Under the pieces are notes generated by a model that saw only the letters and a program-made list of their open reading frames with translations, was not told the DNA's origin and did not search any database. A DNA stretch of 64,000 nt from assembly GCA_045805265.1 (NCBI GenBank), contig JBJMLO010000008.1, forward strand, positions 195,161-259,160. Reading direction: 5' to 3'. This document shows, in pieces, positions 17,766 to 29,997 of this stretch; position 1 is the stretch's first letter, and every line of letters begins with the position of its first letter. Source of the DNA: Actinomycetota bacterium (GTDB lineage Bacteria; Actinomycetota; UBA4738; JACQTL01). The position numbers and the translations under genes were made by a program.

Positions 17766-19000
17766 CGCAGCGCCCCCTTCACCACGCCGGCCAGACGGCG
17801 GATCCCCTCGTCGATCTGGTCGTCCTCCACGCGACTGAAGGCCAGCCGCAGCGTGTTCGAGCCCGACCCGTCCGGGTGGAAGGGGGCGCCGGGGACGAAC
17901 GCGACCCGCTCGGCCATGGCCTCCTTGGCCAGCTCGACGGTGTCGAGGCCGGACGGAAGGGTCATCCACGAGAAGAACCCACCTCGGGGACGCGTCCACG
18001 TCACGTCGTCCGCCGGCATGTGGCGATCGAGCGCGTCGAGCAGCACCCCGCACCGCCGGCCGTAGAGCTCCACCGAGCGGCGGATCCCGGCGTCGAGGTG
18101 GCCCCGCCGACCGTACTCCTCCAGGAGCCGCTGGCCGAGGGCGCCGGCGCACTGGTCGGTGTTCTGCTTGGCCCTCGTCATCTGGGCGATCACCGGAGCG
18201 GGCCCGGCCGCCCACCCGAGCCGGACGCCCGGAAAGAACGTCTTCGAGAAGGTGCCCGCCTGGAGGACCATTTCGGGGTCGAGCGACCACAGGCTGGGCA
18301 ACCTCGCTCGATCGCCGTCGAATCCCAGCTCGCGGTACGCGACGTCCTCGACGACGAGGAAGCCGTAGCGGGCCGCCAGCCCGACCAGCGCCCCCCTGCG
18401 CTCGCTCGACATGGTGACCCCGGCGGGGTTCTGGTGGTCCGGGATGGTGTAGAGGAGCTTGGGAACGCGCCCCTCGCGCGAGGCTCGACCCAACTCGTCG
18501 GCCAGGCGGTCGACCTGAAGGCCGTCGTCGTCCACAGGGACGGCCCGAACCTCCGCCTCGAATCCCCGGAACGCCATGATCGCGCCGAGGTAGGTGGGCC
18601 CTTCGACCAGCACCAGATCGCCCGGGTCGAGGAAGGTCTTCGACACGAGCTCGAGTGCCTCGATCCCACCGCTCGTGATGAGCAGCTCGTCCGGTGCCGG
18701 GCGGCGGCCCTCCCGCTCCTGCAGGCGGTCGGCCAGGAACGCCCGGGGGCCGGGAAGGCCCTCGGTCGGCGCGTACTGCATGGCCGACGCGTCGCCCGCC
18801 GCTGCCAGGTCGGCCATCAGGCCGGCCAGGATGTCCGCGGGAAACGTCTTCGGGTCGGGGAAGCCGCCGGAGAACGACACGATGTCGGTGACGTTCGCCA
18901 GGGCGAGGATCGCCGCCAGGCCTCCCCCGACGTCGACCCGGGTCCGATCCGCGAACGCAGCCTCCCACCCACCGACGGGTTGTCGGGTCGCCATCCGCAT
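17762..19000 (-). CDS. PLP-dependent aminotransferase, class I/II (LysN/MocR-C-terminal-like)
   Basis: Motifs are FSGGFPDPKTFP, MQYAPTEGLPGPRAFLADRL, ELLITSGGIEALEL, LYTIPDHQNPAG and FSKTFFPGVRLGW (the PLP lysine region). The start chosen is ATG 19000, 7 nt after AAGGAGG. Track ORF 17762..19114 has an upstream extension. Confidence 0.85.
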   Translation of the reverse strand: MRMATRQPVGGWEAAFADRTRVDVGGGLAAILALANVTDIVSFSGGFPDPKTFPADILAGLMADLAAAGDASAMQYAPTEGLPGPRAFLADRLQEREGRRPAPDELLITSGGIEALELVSKTFLDPGDLVLVEGPTYLGAIMAFRGFEAEVRAVPVDDDGLQVDRLADELGRASREGRVPKLLYTIPDHQNPAGVTMSSERRGALVGLAARYGFLVVEDVAYRELGFDGDRARLPSLWSLDPEMVLQAGTFSKTFFPGVRLGWAAGPAPVIAQMTRAKQNTDQCAGALGQRLLEEYGRRGHLDAGIRRSVELYGRRCGVLLDALDRHMPADDVTWTRPRGGFFSWMTLPSGLDTVELAKEAMAERVAFVPGAPFHPDGSGSNTLRLAFSRVEDDQIDEGIRRLAGVVKGALR

Positions 19001-19201
19001 CGCATCGCCTCCTTCGCGCCCAAGCGCCGTCCGCGACCGGTCCGTGGTCCGCGGTCGCCCCCGCAAGCGCCACGTGAGCCGGAATTTGCCCGGGGCTTCG
19101 GCCGAGTGTAACATCCACGCCGTCGCCGGGCGATCAGACGGAAGGTCACCCGGTATTCCGACCGTTCATACACACGGAAACCGGGCAGAGTAGGCTACCG
19201 A

Positions 19202-19789
19202 ATGGTGCAGGCCGAGGTTACGCCCCCCCGTCCCCGACGAACCGACCGCGAGGCTCGCCCCCCCGCCGTGGCCCTCGACGACCAGGACCTGGCCATCCTC
19301 CGGCTCCTGGTCGAGGACGCCAGGATCTCCATGCGCCGCCTGGCGCGCGAGGTCGGCATGTCCGCCCCCGCGGTGGCCGACCGGGTCTCCCGGCTGGAGC
19401 GGAGCGGCGTGATCCGGGGATACCGGGCCGACCTCGACCGGGCCGCGCTCGGCCACGATCTGGTCGTGTACATCGGCGTGGTCGCCGTGCAGGGCGGCGC
19501 CCAGCCCGAGCTGGTGGCCTCCCTGCGGTCCTTCCGCGAGGTCGAGGACGTGCACGTCGTGACCGGGCCGAAGGACCTGCTGGTACGCCTCCGGGTGCGT
19601 GACCACGAGCACCTCCGGGAGGTCCTGTTCGACCGGGTGTGGGGGCTGCCGGGCGTGGACCGGACCGAGACGTACATCAGCCTCGCCCACATGGAGCCGA
19701 AGGACTTCGACGGCGAGCTGCTCGGCCTCATGCTGGCCGACCGACGGCGGGCCGAGCCGATGGACCCACCACCCGACCGGGAGAGGTGA
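19202..19789 (+). CDS. Lrp/AsnC family transcriptional regulator
   Basis: 195 aa. Motifs are LDDQDLAILRLLVEDARISMRRLAREVGMSAPAVADRVSRLERSGVIRGY followed by the RAM-like domain ...VEDVHVVTGPKDLLVRLRV. The gene is divergent from the aminotransferase operon. Confidence 0.9.
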   Translation: MVQAEVTPPRPRRTDREARPPAVALDDQDLAILRLLVEDARISMRRLAREVGMSAPAVADRVSRLERSGVIRGYRADLDRAALGHDLVVYIGVVAVQGGAQPELVASLRSFREVEDVHVVTGPKDLLVRLRVRDHEHLREVLFDRVWGLPGVDRTETYISLAHMEPKDFDGELLGLMLADRRRAEPMDPPPDRER

Positions 19790-19793
19790 GCGC

Positions 19794-20522
19794 ATGTGTG
19801 AGCTGATGGCGGTGGCGTGGGAGCGGGCGGAGCCCCTCCGCGCGGTCCTGCCATGGGCGGCCGAGCTGGAGCGTCTCGGCGTTGCCGGCTTCGGGTGGGG
19901 CGTGGCCTGGCTGGACGACGAGGGGAACGGGGTTCGCGGGTACCGGAACCAGGCGAGCCTGTCGGAGGACTCCGACGGCGCCGAGGCGCTGAGCGACGTT
20001 CGGTCGAGCCGGTTCCTGGTCCACCTACGGCGGCCGTCGCGGCTCTCCACGGTGCAGGTCGCCGACTCGCAGCCGTTCCTCGACCAGCGGCACGGCTGCG
20101 CGTTCTGCCACAACGGCCTCTTCGCCCGGGCGGAGGAGCTTCGGGACCGCTACGCGGGCCGGCTGCACGGCCGGGCCGACAGCGAGGTGGGATTCCTCTT
20201 CCTCCAGGACCTGCTCGACGAGGGCGCACGACCCGAGGCCGCGCTGCCCCGGACGCTGGACGACATGGCCGGCAGCGGCAATCTCGGGTACCTGGGGGCC
20301 GACGGGACGCTCCTGATGATGGCGGGCCATCCCGCCAACGACCTGTGGCGGTTCCGCGCCGGCGGGTCTGCCACGGTGGCGGCCACGGCGCTGCACAGCG
20401 CCGACGAATCGGTGTTCGACCTGGTGTTCCCGGACGCCACGGACCGGCGGAAGATCGCTCCGCGCGAGGTGGTCGAGGTGGGAGGGCCGGTACCCGCGCC
20501 GCGGATCCGGGCGGCGAGCTGA
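19794..20522 (+). CDS. class II (Ntn-type) glutamine amidotransferase-like protein
   Basis: ATG 19794 gives MCELMA..., so Cys2 would be the N-terminal nucleophile. Motifs are VHLRRPS...QPF, FCHNG and GRADSEVGFLFL, characteristic of YafJ/GATase-2 proteins. 242 aa. Confidence 0.75.
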   Translation: MCELMAVAWERAEPLRAVLPWAAELERLGVAGFGWGVAWLDDEGNGVRGYRNQASLSEDSDGAEALSDVRSSRFLVHLRRPSRLSTVQVADSQPFLDQRHGCAFCHNGLFARAEELRDRYAGRLHGRADSEVGFLFLQDLLDEGARPEAALPRTLDDMAGSGNLGYLGADGTLLMMAGHPANDLWRFRAGGSATVAATALHSADESVFDLVFPDATDRRKIAPREVVEVGGPVPAPRIRAAS

Positions 20523-20536
20523 GGAGGAGGGCGAGG

Positions 20537-22009
20537 ATGGCACGGGGCAATCCGGAGATCGAAAGCGTCGGGAAGATCGGGTTCATCGACGAGCACGGGC
20601 TCCACACGGACGACCAGTTGGAGGCGGCCAAGGACCTTCCGGCCCGGATGGAGGCGGACGGGATCAAGACCGTGCGCTTCCTGTGGGGCGACCAGCACGG
20701 GATCGCCCGCGGCAAGTTCATCACGGTCCACGACGCGGTCGCCACGCTGCGCAACGGCATGGACTTCCAGGGCGCCACGCTGGCCATGGACATGGGCAAC
20801 CACGTGTTCACGCCGCTGTTCGTGGAGGGCGGCGGGTTGGGCGTCCCCGAGTTCACCGGGTTCCCCGACGTCGTGCTGGTCCCCGACCCCACGACCTACC
20901 GGAAGGTCCCCTGGTCACCCGGCACGGCATGGATCGTGTCGGACATGTACTTCACGAACGGCAAGCCGGTGCCATTCTCGACCCGTCAGATCATGCGCAG
21001 GCAGGTGGAGGCGGCCAGGGAGCTCGGCTACGAGTATGCGGCCGGACTGGAGGTCGAGTTCTACCTCACCCGTCGGGCCAGCACCCACATCGGGCTCAAC
21101 GACACCGGGCAGCCCCCGCCCCCACCGGAGGTCTCGGTGATCGCGCAGGGCTACCAGTACCTGTCGGAGAGCCGGCTGGCGGAGATCGACCCCATCCTGC
21201 AGTTGCTGCGGGAAAGCCTCGAGGGGATCGGCCTGCCGCTGCGTTCAATGGAGGACGAATGGGGGCCCGGACAGACCGAGTTCACGTTCGACCCGCTGAC
21301 GGGGGTGGAGGCGGCCGACGCCATGCTGTTGTTCCGAACTGCCGCCAAGCAGGTGTGCTTCCACAACGGCTATCACGCATCGTTCATGTGCCGGCCCGCC
21401 TTTCCCAACTTCTTCTCGAGCGGGTGGCACCTGCACGAGTCCCTGCTCGACGCCGAGGACGGCACGAACGCGTTCACGGACGCCTCGCAGCCGCTGTCGG
21501 AGCCGGGGCGGCAGTTCGTGGCCGGGCTGCTCGAGCACGCCCTCCCCATGACGGTGTTCACGACGCCCACGATCACCGGGTACAAGCGGTTCAAGCCGTA
21601 CTCGTTCGCCCCGGACCGGGTGAACTGGGCGGTGGAGAACCGTGGAGCAATGGTCCGGGTGCAGGGTGCCCCCGGCGACAAGTCGGCCCACATCGAGAAC
21701 CGGATGGGCGAGCCGGCCGCGAACCCCTACCTGTACATGGCGGCGAACATCGCCGCCGGACTGGACGGCATCCGGAACGCCAAGTCCCCGCCGCCGATCG
21801 TGGAGGACAACCCGTACGAGTCGGAGTCCCCGATGCTCCCCACCTCGCTGTGGGAGGCGGTGGAACACCTGGAGAAGGACGACTTCTTCCGGAAGGAGTT
21901 CGGCGACCCATTCATCGACTTCATCCTCATGATCAAGAAGAGCGAGATCGGACGGTTCCTGTCCGAGGTCACCGACTGGGAGATGCGGGAGTACTTCGAG
22001 TTCTACTAG
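20537..22009 (+). CDS. glutamine synthetase family protein (gamma-glutamyl ligase type)
   Basis: 490 aa following GGAGGAGG. Motifs are VRFLWGDQHGIARGKF, LEVEFYL, EWGPGQTEFTF, SFMCRPAF..SGWHLHESL and ENRMGEPAANPY, matching the GS catalytic-domain pattern. Confidence 0.85.
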   Translation: MARGNPEIESVGKIGFIDEHGLHTDDQLEAAKDLPARMEADGIKTVRFLWGDQHGIARGKFITVHDAVATLRNGMDFQGATLAMDMGNHVFTPLFVEGGGLGVPEFTGFPDVVLVPDPTTYRKVPWSPGTAWIVSDMYFTNGKPVPFSTRQIMRRQVEAARELGYEYAAGLEVEFYLTRRASTHIGLNDTGQPPPPPEVSVIAQGYQYLSESRLAEIDPILQLLRESLEGIGLPLRSMEDEWGPGQTEFTFDPLTGVEAADAMLLFRTAAKQVCFHNGYHASFMCRPAFPNFFSSGWHLHESLLDAEDGTNAFTDASQPLSEPGRQFVAGLLEHALPMTVFTTPTITGYKRFKPYSFAPDRVNWAVENRGAMVRVQGAPGDKSAHIENRMGEPAANPYLYMAANIAAGLDGIRNAKSPPPIVEDNPYESESPMLPTSLWEAVEHLEKDDFFRKEFGDPFIDFILMIKKSEIGRFLSEVTDWEMREYFEFY

Positions 22010-22020
22010 GAGGGACGACC

Positions 22021-22344
22021 ATGGCGGGCGCGTTCCAGCATGTCGTGCTGTTCCGGTTTCCGGGGCCGCTCTCGGAGGACGACCAGAGCGACATGGCGGG
22101 ACAGGTCCGGGCATGGGCAGGGACCGTGCCGGGACTGGTCGGGTTGCGGTTCGGAGCCGACGTCAGCGGGCGATCCGGCGGGTGGCAATACCTGTTGATG
22201 ACGGAGTTCGAAGACGACGAGACGCACCAGGCCTATTACGAGCACCCGCTGCACCAGGCCTTCAGCAGATGGGTGTTCGACCGCAATTGCGAGGTGGTCC
22301 GGTTCGACTACCCACTGGACGCGGACACGCTGTTCGCCGGGTGA
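22021..22344 (+). CDS. Dabb (stress-responsive alpha/beta-barrel) domain protein
   Basis: 107 aa. The sequence is FQHVVLFRFPGPLSEDDQSDMAGQVRAW...FEDDETHQAYYEHPLHQAF. The gene starts 11 nt after the GS-like stop. Confidence 0.75.
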   Translation: MAGAFQHVVLFRFPGPLSEDDQSDMAGQVRAWAGTVPGLVGLRFGADVSGRSGGWQYLLMTEFEDDETHQAYYEHPLHQAFSRWVFDRNCEVVRFDYPLDADTLFAG

Positions 22345-22372
22345 GTCGGCTCGGCCGGCGGCGGCCGCGGAC

Positions 22373-22374
<2 letters not shown>
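22343..22374. terminator. possible bidirectional hairpin filling the convergent gap
   Basis: The element reads GAGTC..CGGCCG-GCGG-CGGCCG..GACTC, spanning both stop codons (22342-44 and 22373-75). The stem is imperfect and there is no U-tract. Confidence 0.25.
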
Positions 22375-25693
<3,319 letters not shown>

Positions 25694-25788
25694 GCGACGG
25701 CCTCCCGGCCGGATCCGCGCAGGATCCGAGAGGCCGATGATACCGGCGACCGGCGACACGCCCGCGGAGCGGGCCGAGGAAGTTGCTG

Positions 25789-26190
25789 CTATTCCACCCC
25801 CGCGAGGAAGGCGTCCACCGCCGCCTGGTCCTCGTTGAAGACCCAGGACTCGAGCGCCCGGTCTCCGCTGACGTGGAAGATGTGGACGTACCGGCCCTCG
25901 AAGGTCTCCTTGTTGTCGTTCCTGGTCGTCCGCAGTGTGATCAGCGCAACCGCGTGATCCTCGTTGGCGACGACGTCGTGGATCTCGAACTCCGGGATCG
26001 CCACCTGCACCTGCTTCGCGAAGTGGGCCAGGACGTTCTCCCGGCCGTGGTAGTCGCCGGACAGCGCGTTGTTTCCCGGCTCGTGCCACACGATCGTGTC
26101 GTCGAGGTGCTCGTTCATCCACTCCATGTCGCCGGCGATGAACGCGTTGTAGCCGTGCCGGACGAGCTCGGCGTTCGGGTGATCGGCCAT
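25789..26190 (-). CDS. SnoaL-like / NTF2-fold protein
   Basis: ATG 26190 follows AGGAGGAGG. The sequence reads NAELVRHGYNAFIAGDMEWMNEHLDDTIVWHEPG...GRYVHIFHVSGDRALESWVF. 133 aa. Confidence 0.75.
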   Translation of the reverse strand: MADHPNAELVRHGYNAFIAGDMEWMNEHLDDTIVWHEPGNNALSGDYHGRENVLAHFAKQVQVAIPEFEIHDVVANEDHAVALITLRTTRNDNKETFEGRYVHIFHVSGDRALESWVFNEDQAAVDAFLAGVE

Positions 26191-26269
26191 GTCGCCTCCT
26201 CCTGTTGAGATCCGGTCGGGCCGACCGGTCGGCGGATCGTATGAATTCGCGGAAGCACCGCGCAACCCT

Positions 26270-26899
26270 CTATTCTGGCGCCGTCGCCGTGCCGCTCACG
26301 TGCGGCCGGGCCGGCTGGAGCGGTCCGAACGGAAACCGTCGCAGCGACGCGATCCGGAACCCCGCCCGCTCGACGGCCGCTACGGTGTCCCGGTTGGGAT
26401 GGCAGCCGGCGGCCACCCAGCCCCACGGACGCTCCAGCCGGTCCTGCCATCGGGCGTGGGTCGGGTTCTCAGACCGCACGTGCTCGAGGAACAGGAACGC
26501 GCCGCCCGGCTTCAGCACGCGGAGGATCTCGGCGAGGGCCACCGCCGGGTCGCGGACGGAGCACAGGACCAGCGTCGACACCACGACGTCGAACTCGCCG
26601 TCGCCGAAGGGCAGCCGCTCCGCCGGTGCCCGCAGGACCTCGACCGGAACCGGCGCCGTCCGGGCGGCGACCCGGGCTCGCCGGAGCATGTACGGATCCG
26701 GCTCGGTGGCGACCAGCCGGGTCACCGCCGGCGGATAGTGCCGGAAGTTCAGGCCGGTCCCGGCGCCGATCTCGACCACGCTGCCGGCCGCGGCCGCCAG
26801 CTGCTCCCGGCGGTGGTCGGCCATCCCCCCGCGCTCCTCGGCCGCGGCGAGGCGGTCATACGCCCACGCGAAGACGGGATGGCCGCGCTCGCGCGTCAT
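26270..26899 (-). CDS. class I SAM-dependent methyltransferase
   Basis: 209 aa. Motif I is VVEIGAGTGLN. Further motifs are FDVVVSTLVLCSV and LKPGGAFLFLEH. Confidence 0.85.
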   Translation of the reverse strand: MTRERGHPVFAWAYDRLAAAEERGGMADHRREQLAAAAGSVVEIGAGTGLNFRHYPPAVTRLVATEPDPYMLRRARVAARTAPVPVEVLRAPAERLPFGDGEFDVVVSTLVLCSVRDPAVALAEILRVLKPGGAFLFLEHVRSENPTHARWQDRLERPWGWVAAGCHPNRDTVAAVERAGFRIASLRRFPFGPLQPARPHVSGTATAPE

Positions 26900-26905
26900 C
26901 GGAAG

Positions 26906-27982
26906 CTACCGGAACGCCCGCAGGATCCGGGCGCCGCCCAGGAGCTCGTCGCCTCGGTAGAGCACGACGCTCTGGCCCGGCGCGACGGCCCGGACCGGCG
27001 TGCGGAACTCGACCCGGACGCGGCCGCCGGCGGTCTCGACCACCGCGGGCACGGGCCGTCCCCGGTACCGGATCTGCGCCTCGGCCTCGAACGGTCCGTC
27101 GGACGGCGACCCTCCGGCGACCCAGGTCGCGCGGTCGGCCTCCAGGCCCCGGCGCCCGAGCAGCTCGTCCGGGCCGACGACGACCCGGTTGGTCGCGTGG
27201 TCGACGTCGACAACGTACGCCCGCTCCCCCAGCGACACGCCGGTCCCCTTGCGCTGCCCGATCGTGAACCGGAACGTCCCGTCGTGCCGGGCCAGGACCC
27301 GGCCTCGGGAATCGACGACCTCCCCCGCGCGGGCCAGCGAGGGGGCCCGCTCGGCCACGAACGCCGTGTGGTCGGCGCCGGGCAGGAAGCACACCTCCTG
27401 CGAGTCGGGCTTGGAGGCCACGGGGAGCCCGAGGCGCACCGCGTGGTCGCGGGTGACCGCCTTGGGCCACCCGCCGACCGGGAACAGCGACCGGGCCAGC
27501 TCGGACTGTCCCAGCGCGTGGAGCATGTACGACTGGTCCTTCGACCGGTCGGCCCCCCGGAGCAGCCGCCACCGGCCGGCCTCCCGCTCGGTCCGCACGT
27601 AGTGGCCGGTCGCGACGAGCTCGATCCCCAGCCGTGCCGCGCGATGCAGGAACGCCCCGAACTTGATCTGCTCGTTGCACCGCGCGCAGGGGTTCGGGGT
27701 CCGCCCGGCCGCGTGCTCCCCCAGGAAGTCGGCGATGACCGTGTCCTCGAACGTCGCCGACATGTCGACGACCTCGAAGTCGAATCCGCCGATCGCTGCC
27801 ACGGCTCGGGCGTCCCGCTCGGCCGTGGGGCCACAGCAGCCGTGGTCCACGCCGTCCATGTGGACGAGCTTCATGTGCGACCCGAGCACCTCGTACCCCT
27901 GCTCGGCGAGCAGGCACGCGGCGACCGAGGAGTCCACGCCCCCCGACATCGCCACGAGCACCGATCCGCGCGATTCCGCCAT
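26906..27982 (-). CDS. mnmA: tRNA 2-thiouridine(34) synthase
   Basis: 358 aa. The PP-loop is VLVAMSGGVDSSVAA. Other motifs are CCGP, NPCARCNEQIKFG and ATGHYVR. Confidence 0.93.
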   Translation of the reverse strand: MAESRGSVLVAMSGGVDSSVAACLLAEQGYEVLGSHMKLVHMDGVDHGCCGPTAERDARAVAAIGGFDFEVVDMSATFEDTVIADFLGEHAAGRTPNPCARCNEQIKFGAFLHRAARLGIELVATGHYVRTEREAGRWRLLRGADRSKDQSYMLHALGQSELARSLFPVGGWPKAVTRDHAVRLGLPVASKPDSQEVCFLPGADHTAFVAERAPSLARAGEVVDSRGRVLARHDGTFRFTIGQRKGTGVSLGERAYVVDVDHATNRVVVGPDELLGRRGLEADRATWVAGGSPSDGPFEAEAQIRYRGRPVPAVVETAGGRVRVEFRTPVRAVAPGQSVVLYRGDELLGGARILRAFR

Positions 27983-28103
27983 CGGGAACCGAGGCTAGCA
28001 CGGGGTTGGTCGCGGCCGGCCGGACGGGGTGCTTCCTCCGCCGGTGTGACGCAACCTACCCGCGGGTAAACTTCGCCAGCAGCCCCCCGATCGCAAAGGA
28101 ACG

Positions 28104-28877
28104 GTGTCCATGAACGTCGTGGTACTGGCGAAGTACGTTCCGAACCCGAACGGTGTGCCGGAGCTGGGCGACGACTTCCTGCTCAAGCGGGAGGGCGTCG
28201 AGGGGGCACTCGACCCCGGCGACGAGTTCGGCGTCGAGGCCGGCCTGCAGCTCGCCGACGCCCAGGGTGGCGAGGTCACCATCCTCTCGATGGGCCCCGA
28301 TGTGGCCCAGGGCGGCATCCGCAAGGCCCTGTCCATGGGAGCGCACAAGGCCGTGGTGGTCACGGACGACTCGCTGCGCGGGGCCGACAGCCTGGTGACC
28401 GCGCGCGTCCTGGCGGCCGCCGTCAAGAAGTCGGAGTTCGACATCGTCATCGCCGGCGTCGAGTCCACCGACGGCTCCACCGGAACGCTCCCCATGACCC
28501 TGGCCGGCCTGCTCGGGGTGCCCAGCGTGACGTTCGCCCGCAAGCTCGACGTCGCCGACGGGAAGATCCGCATCGAGCGGCAGACCCCGCTCGGCTACGA
28601 CGTGGTCGAGGCCGAGCTGCCGGTGGTCGTGACCGTCACCGCCGGCGCCACCGACCCCCGGTACCCGACCCTGAAGGGGATCATGCAGGCCAAGCAGAAG
28701 CCGGTGGAGCGATACGGCGTCGGCGACCTCGGCCTGTCCGCCGAGGACGTGGCGCCGACCCAGAAGGTTGCGGGCGTCGACCCGGCTCCCGAGAAGGCGG
28801 CCGGCGAGATCGTCGAGGACGACGGGTCCGGAGCCAGGCGCATCGCCCAGTTCCTGCAGGAAGCGAAGGTGATCTGA
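28104..28877 (+). CDS. etfB: electron transfer flavoprotein subunit beta
   Basis: 257 aa. Motifs are MNVVVLAKYVPNP..., SMGP..A..IRKALSMGA and IVIAGVESTDGSTG. Confidence 0.92.
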   Translation: MSMNVVVLAKYVPNPNGVPELGDDFLLKREGVEGALDPGDEFGVEAGLQLADAQGGEVTILSMGPDVAQGGIRKALSMGAHKAVVVTDDSLRGADSLVTARVLAAAVKKSEFDIVIAGVESTDGSTGTLPMTLAGLLGVPSVTFARKLDVADGKIRIERQTPLGYDVVEAELPVVVTVTAGATDPRYPTLKGIMQAKQKPVERYGVGDLGLSAEDVAPTQKVAGVDPAPEKAAGEIVEDDGSGARRIAQFLQEAKVI

Positions 28878-28880
28878 GCC

Positions 28881-29843
<963 letters not shown>

Positions 29844-29929
29844 CGCCGGCGGTTCCGCCCACACCGGCCCCGTCAGCCATCACATCGTTCGCCCGGCCGT
29901 CATTCGTGTATTAGCCGCCAATCGATCTT

Positions 29930-29963
29930 GGGCGTCCCCCTTCGGGGGATGGATTCGACGCCC
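29930..29963 (+). terminator. nested GC hairpin downstream of etfA
   Basis: The outer arms are GGGCGT and ACGCCC. They enclose CCCCC-TTC-GGGGG (29936-29948). There is no clear U-tract. The hairpin lies in a locally lower-GC spacer. Confidence 0.35.
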
Positions 29964-29997
29964 TACGGGTGACGAAAGATGACTCGATCGAGCCATT

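Noticed and set aside
19001-19201. Lrp operator (near-palindrome CCGGTATTCCG...CGGAAACCGG) in the divergent region
   Set aside because: The arms are imperfect and unequal, with a 14-nt gap. I cannot distinguish this from chance without comparative data.
25694-26122. N-terminal extension of ORF 25010..26122
   Set aside because: It overlaps the SnoaL-like gene out of frame. A GGGAGG-N7-GTG start at 25693 gives a protein of the expected length.
26189-28069. 626-aa plus-strand ORF
   Set aside because: It is antisense to the methyltransferase and mnmA, both of which have clear signatures (VVEIGAGTG; the SGGVDSS PP-loop).
29930-29975. tRNA fragment or att site (GGATTCGA resembles a T-loop)
   Set aside because: No acceptor, D or anticodon arms can be drawn in the preceding 80 nt. 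It is more simply a nested terminator-like hairpin after etfA.
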